From: Chiloscyllium plagiosum
Lineage: Eukaryota
Assembly (NCBI RefSeq): GCF_004010195.1
Contig: NC_057719.1
Location: forward strand, 68,748,622-68,812,621
Length of the DNA stretch: 64,000 nucleotides
Reading direction: 5' to 3'
How positions within the stretch are numbered: position 1 is the stretch's first letter; each line of letters begins with the position of its first letter. The notes under the pieces were generated by a model, which had not been told where the DNA came from, did not search any database, and worked only from the letters and a program-made list of their open reading frames with translations. This document shows positions 63,660 through 64,000 of this stretch, one piece after another. The position numbers and the translations under genes are program-made.

Positions 63660-64000
63660 TTTGTGATGCTTAGGTGTTGCTGGCTGGCCTGCATTGATAG
63701 CCCATCTCTATTTGCCCTTGAGAACATGGTGGTGAGCTGCCTTCTTGAATTATTGCAGTCCACTTGCTGTGAGTTGACCCACAATGCTGATAGAGAAGGA
63801 ATAGCAGTATATTTCCAAGTCAGAGTAGTGAGTGGCTTGGAAGGGAACTTGCCAGTGGTGGTGTTCCCAAGTACCTTCTGACCTTATGACAAAGGGAAGG
63901 TCATTGATGAAGCAGCTGAAGATTGTTGGGCCTAGGACACCGCCCTGAGGGACTCCTGCAGAGATGTTCTGGAGCTGAGGTGACTGACCCTCCACAACCA
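63660..64000 (-). mobile_element. CR1/L2-group LINE with internal deletion joining RT to 3' UTR
   Basis: ISAGVPQGGVLGPTIFSCFINDLP directly followed by the family tail. Confidence 0.85.

Noticed and set aside
1..64000. CRISPR array or prokaryotic operon/defence system
   Set aside because: Spliced eukaryotic locus; no regularly spaced repeat-spacer array and no long intact non-TE ORFs

Overview
AT-rich, repeat-dense vertebrate genomic DNA, almost certainly a shark/elasmobranch (HE1-type tRNA-SINEs, HER1/CR1 LINEs). The window lies inside one + strand gene, DPH6 (diphthine--ammonia ligase). Seven phase-compatible GT-AG exons (824 nt in total; 17402-17463, 23415-23509, 26178-26271, 45122-45266, 51016-51138, 53127-53256, 58282-58456) encode the end of the ATP-pyrophosphatase domain, a linker, a complete first RidA/YjgF-like domain and the start of a second. 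This is the long, yeast-like architecture rather than the 267-aa human form. Start and stop exons lie outside the window. The introns hold CR1 and other LINE fragments, several SINE families, a solo LTR, a Tc1/mariner-type MITE and many Penelope-derived insertions carrying minimal hammerhead ribozymes. They also hold a 3'-truncated U1 snRNA retrocopy fused to a 103-bp copy of nearby DNA, and repeat-poor stretches that may be conserved enhancers. Repeat boundaries are estimated by eye and family names come from recalled consensus features, not a database search. I found no prokaryote-type system, CRISPR array or clearly new gene.
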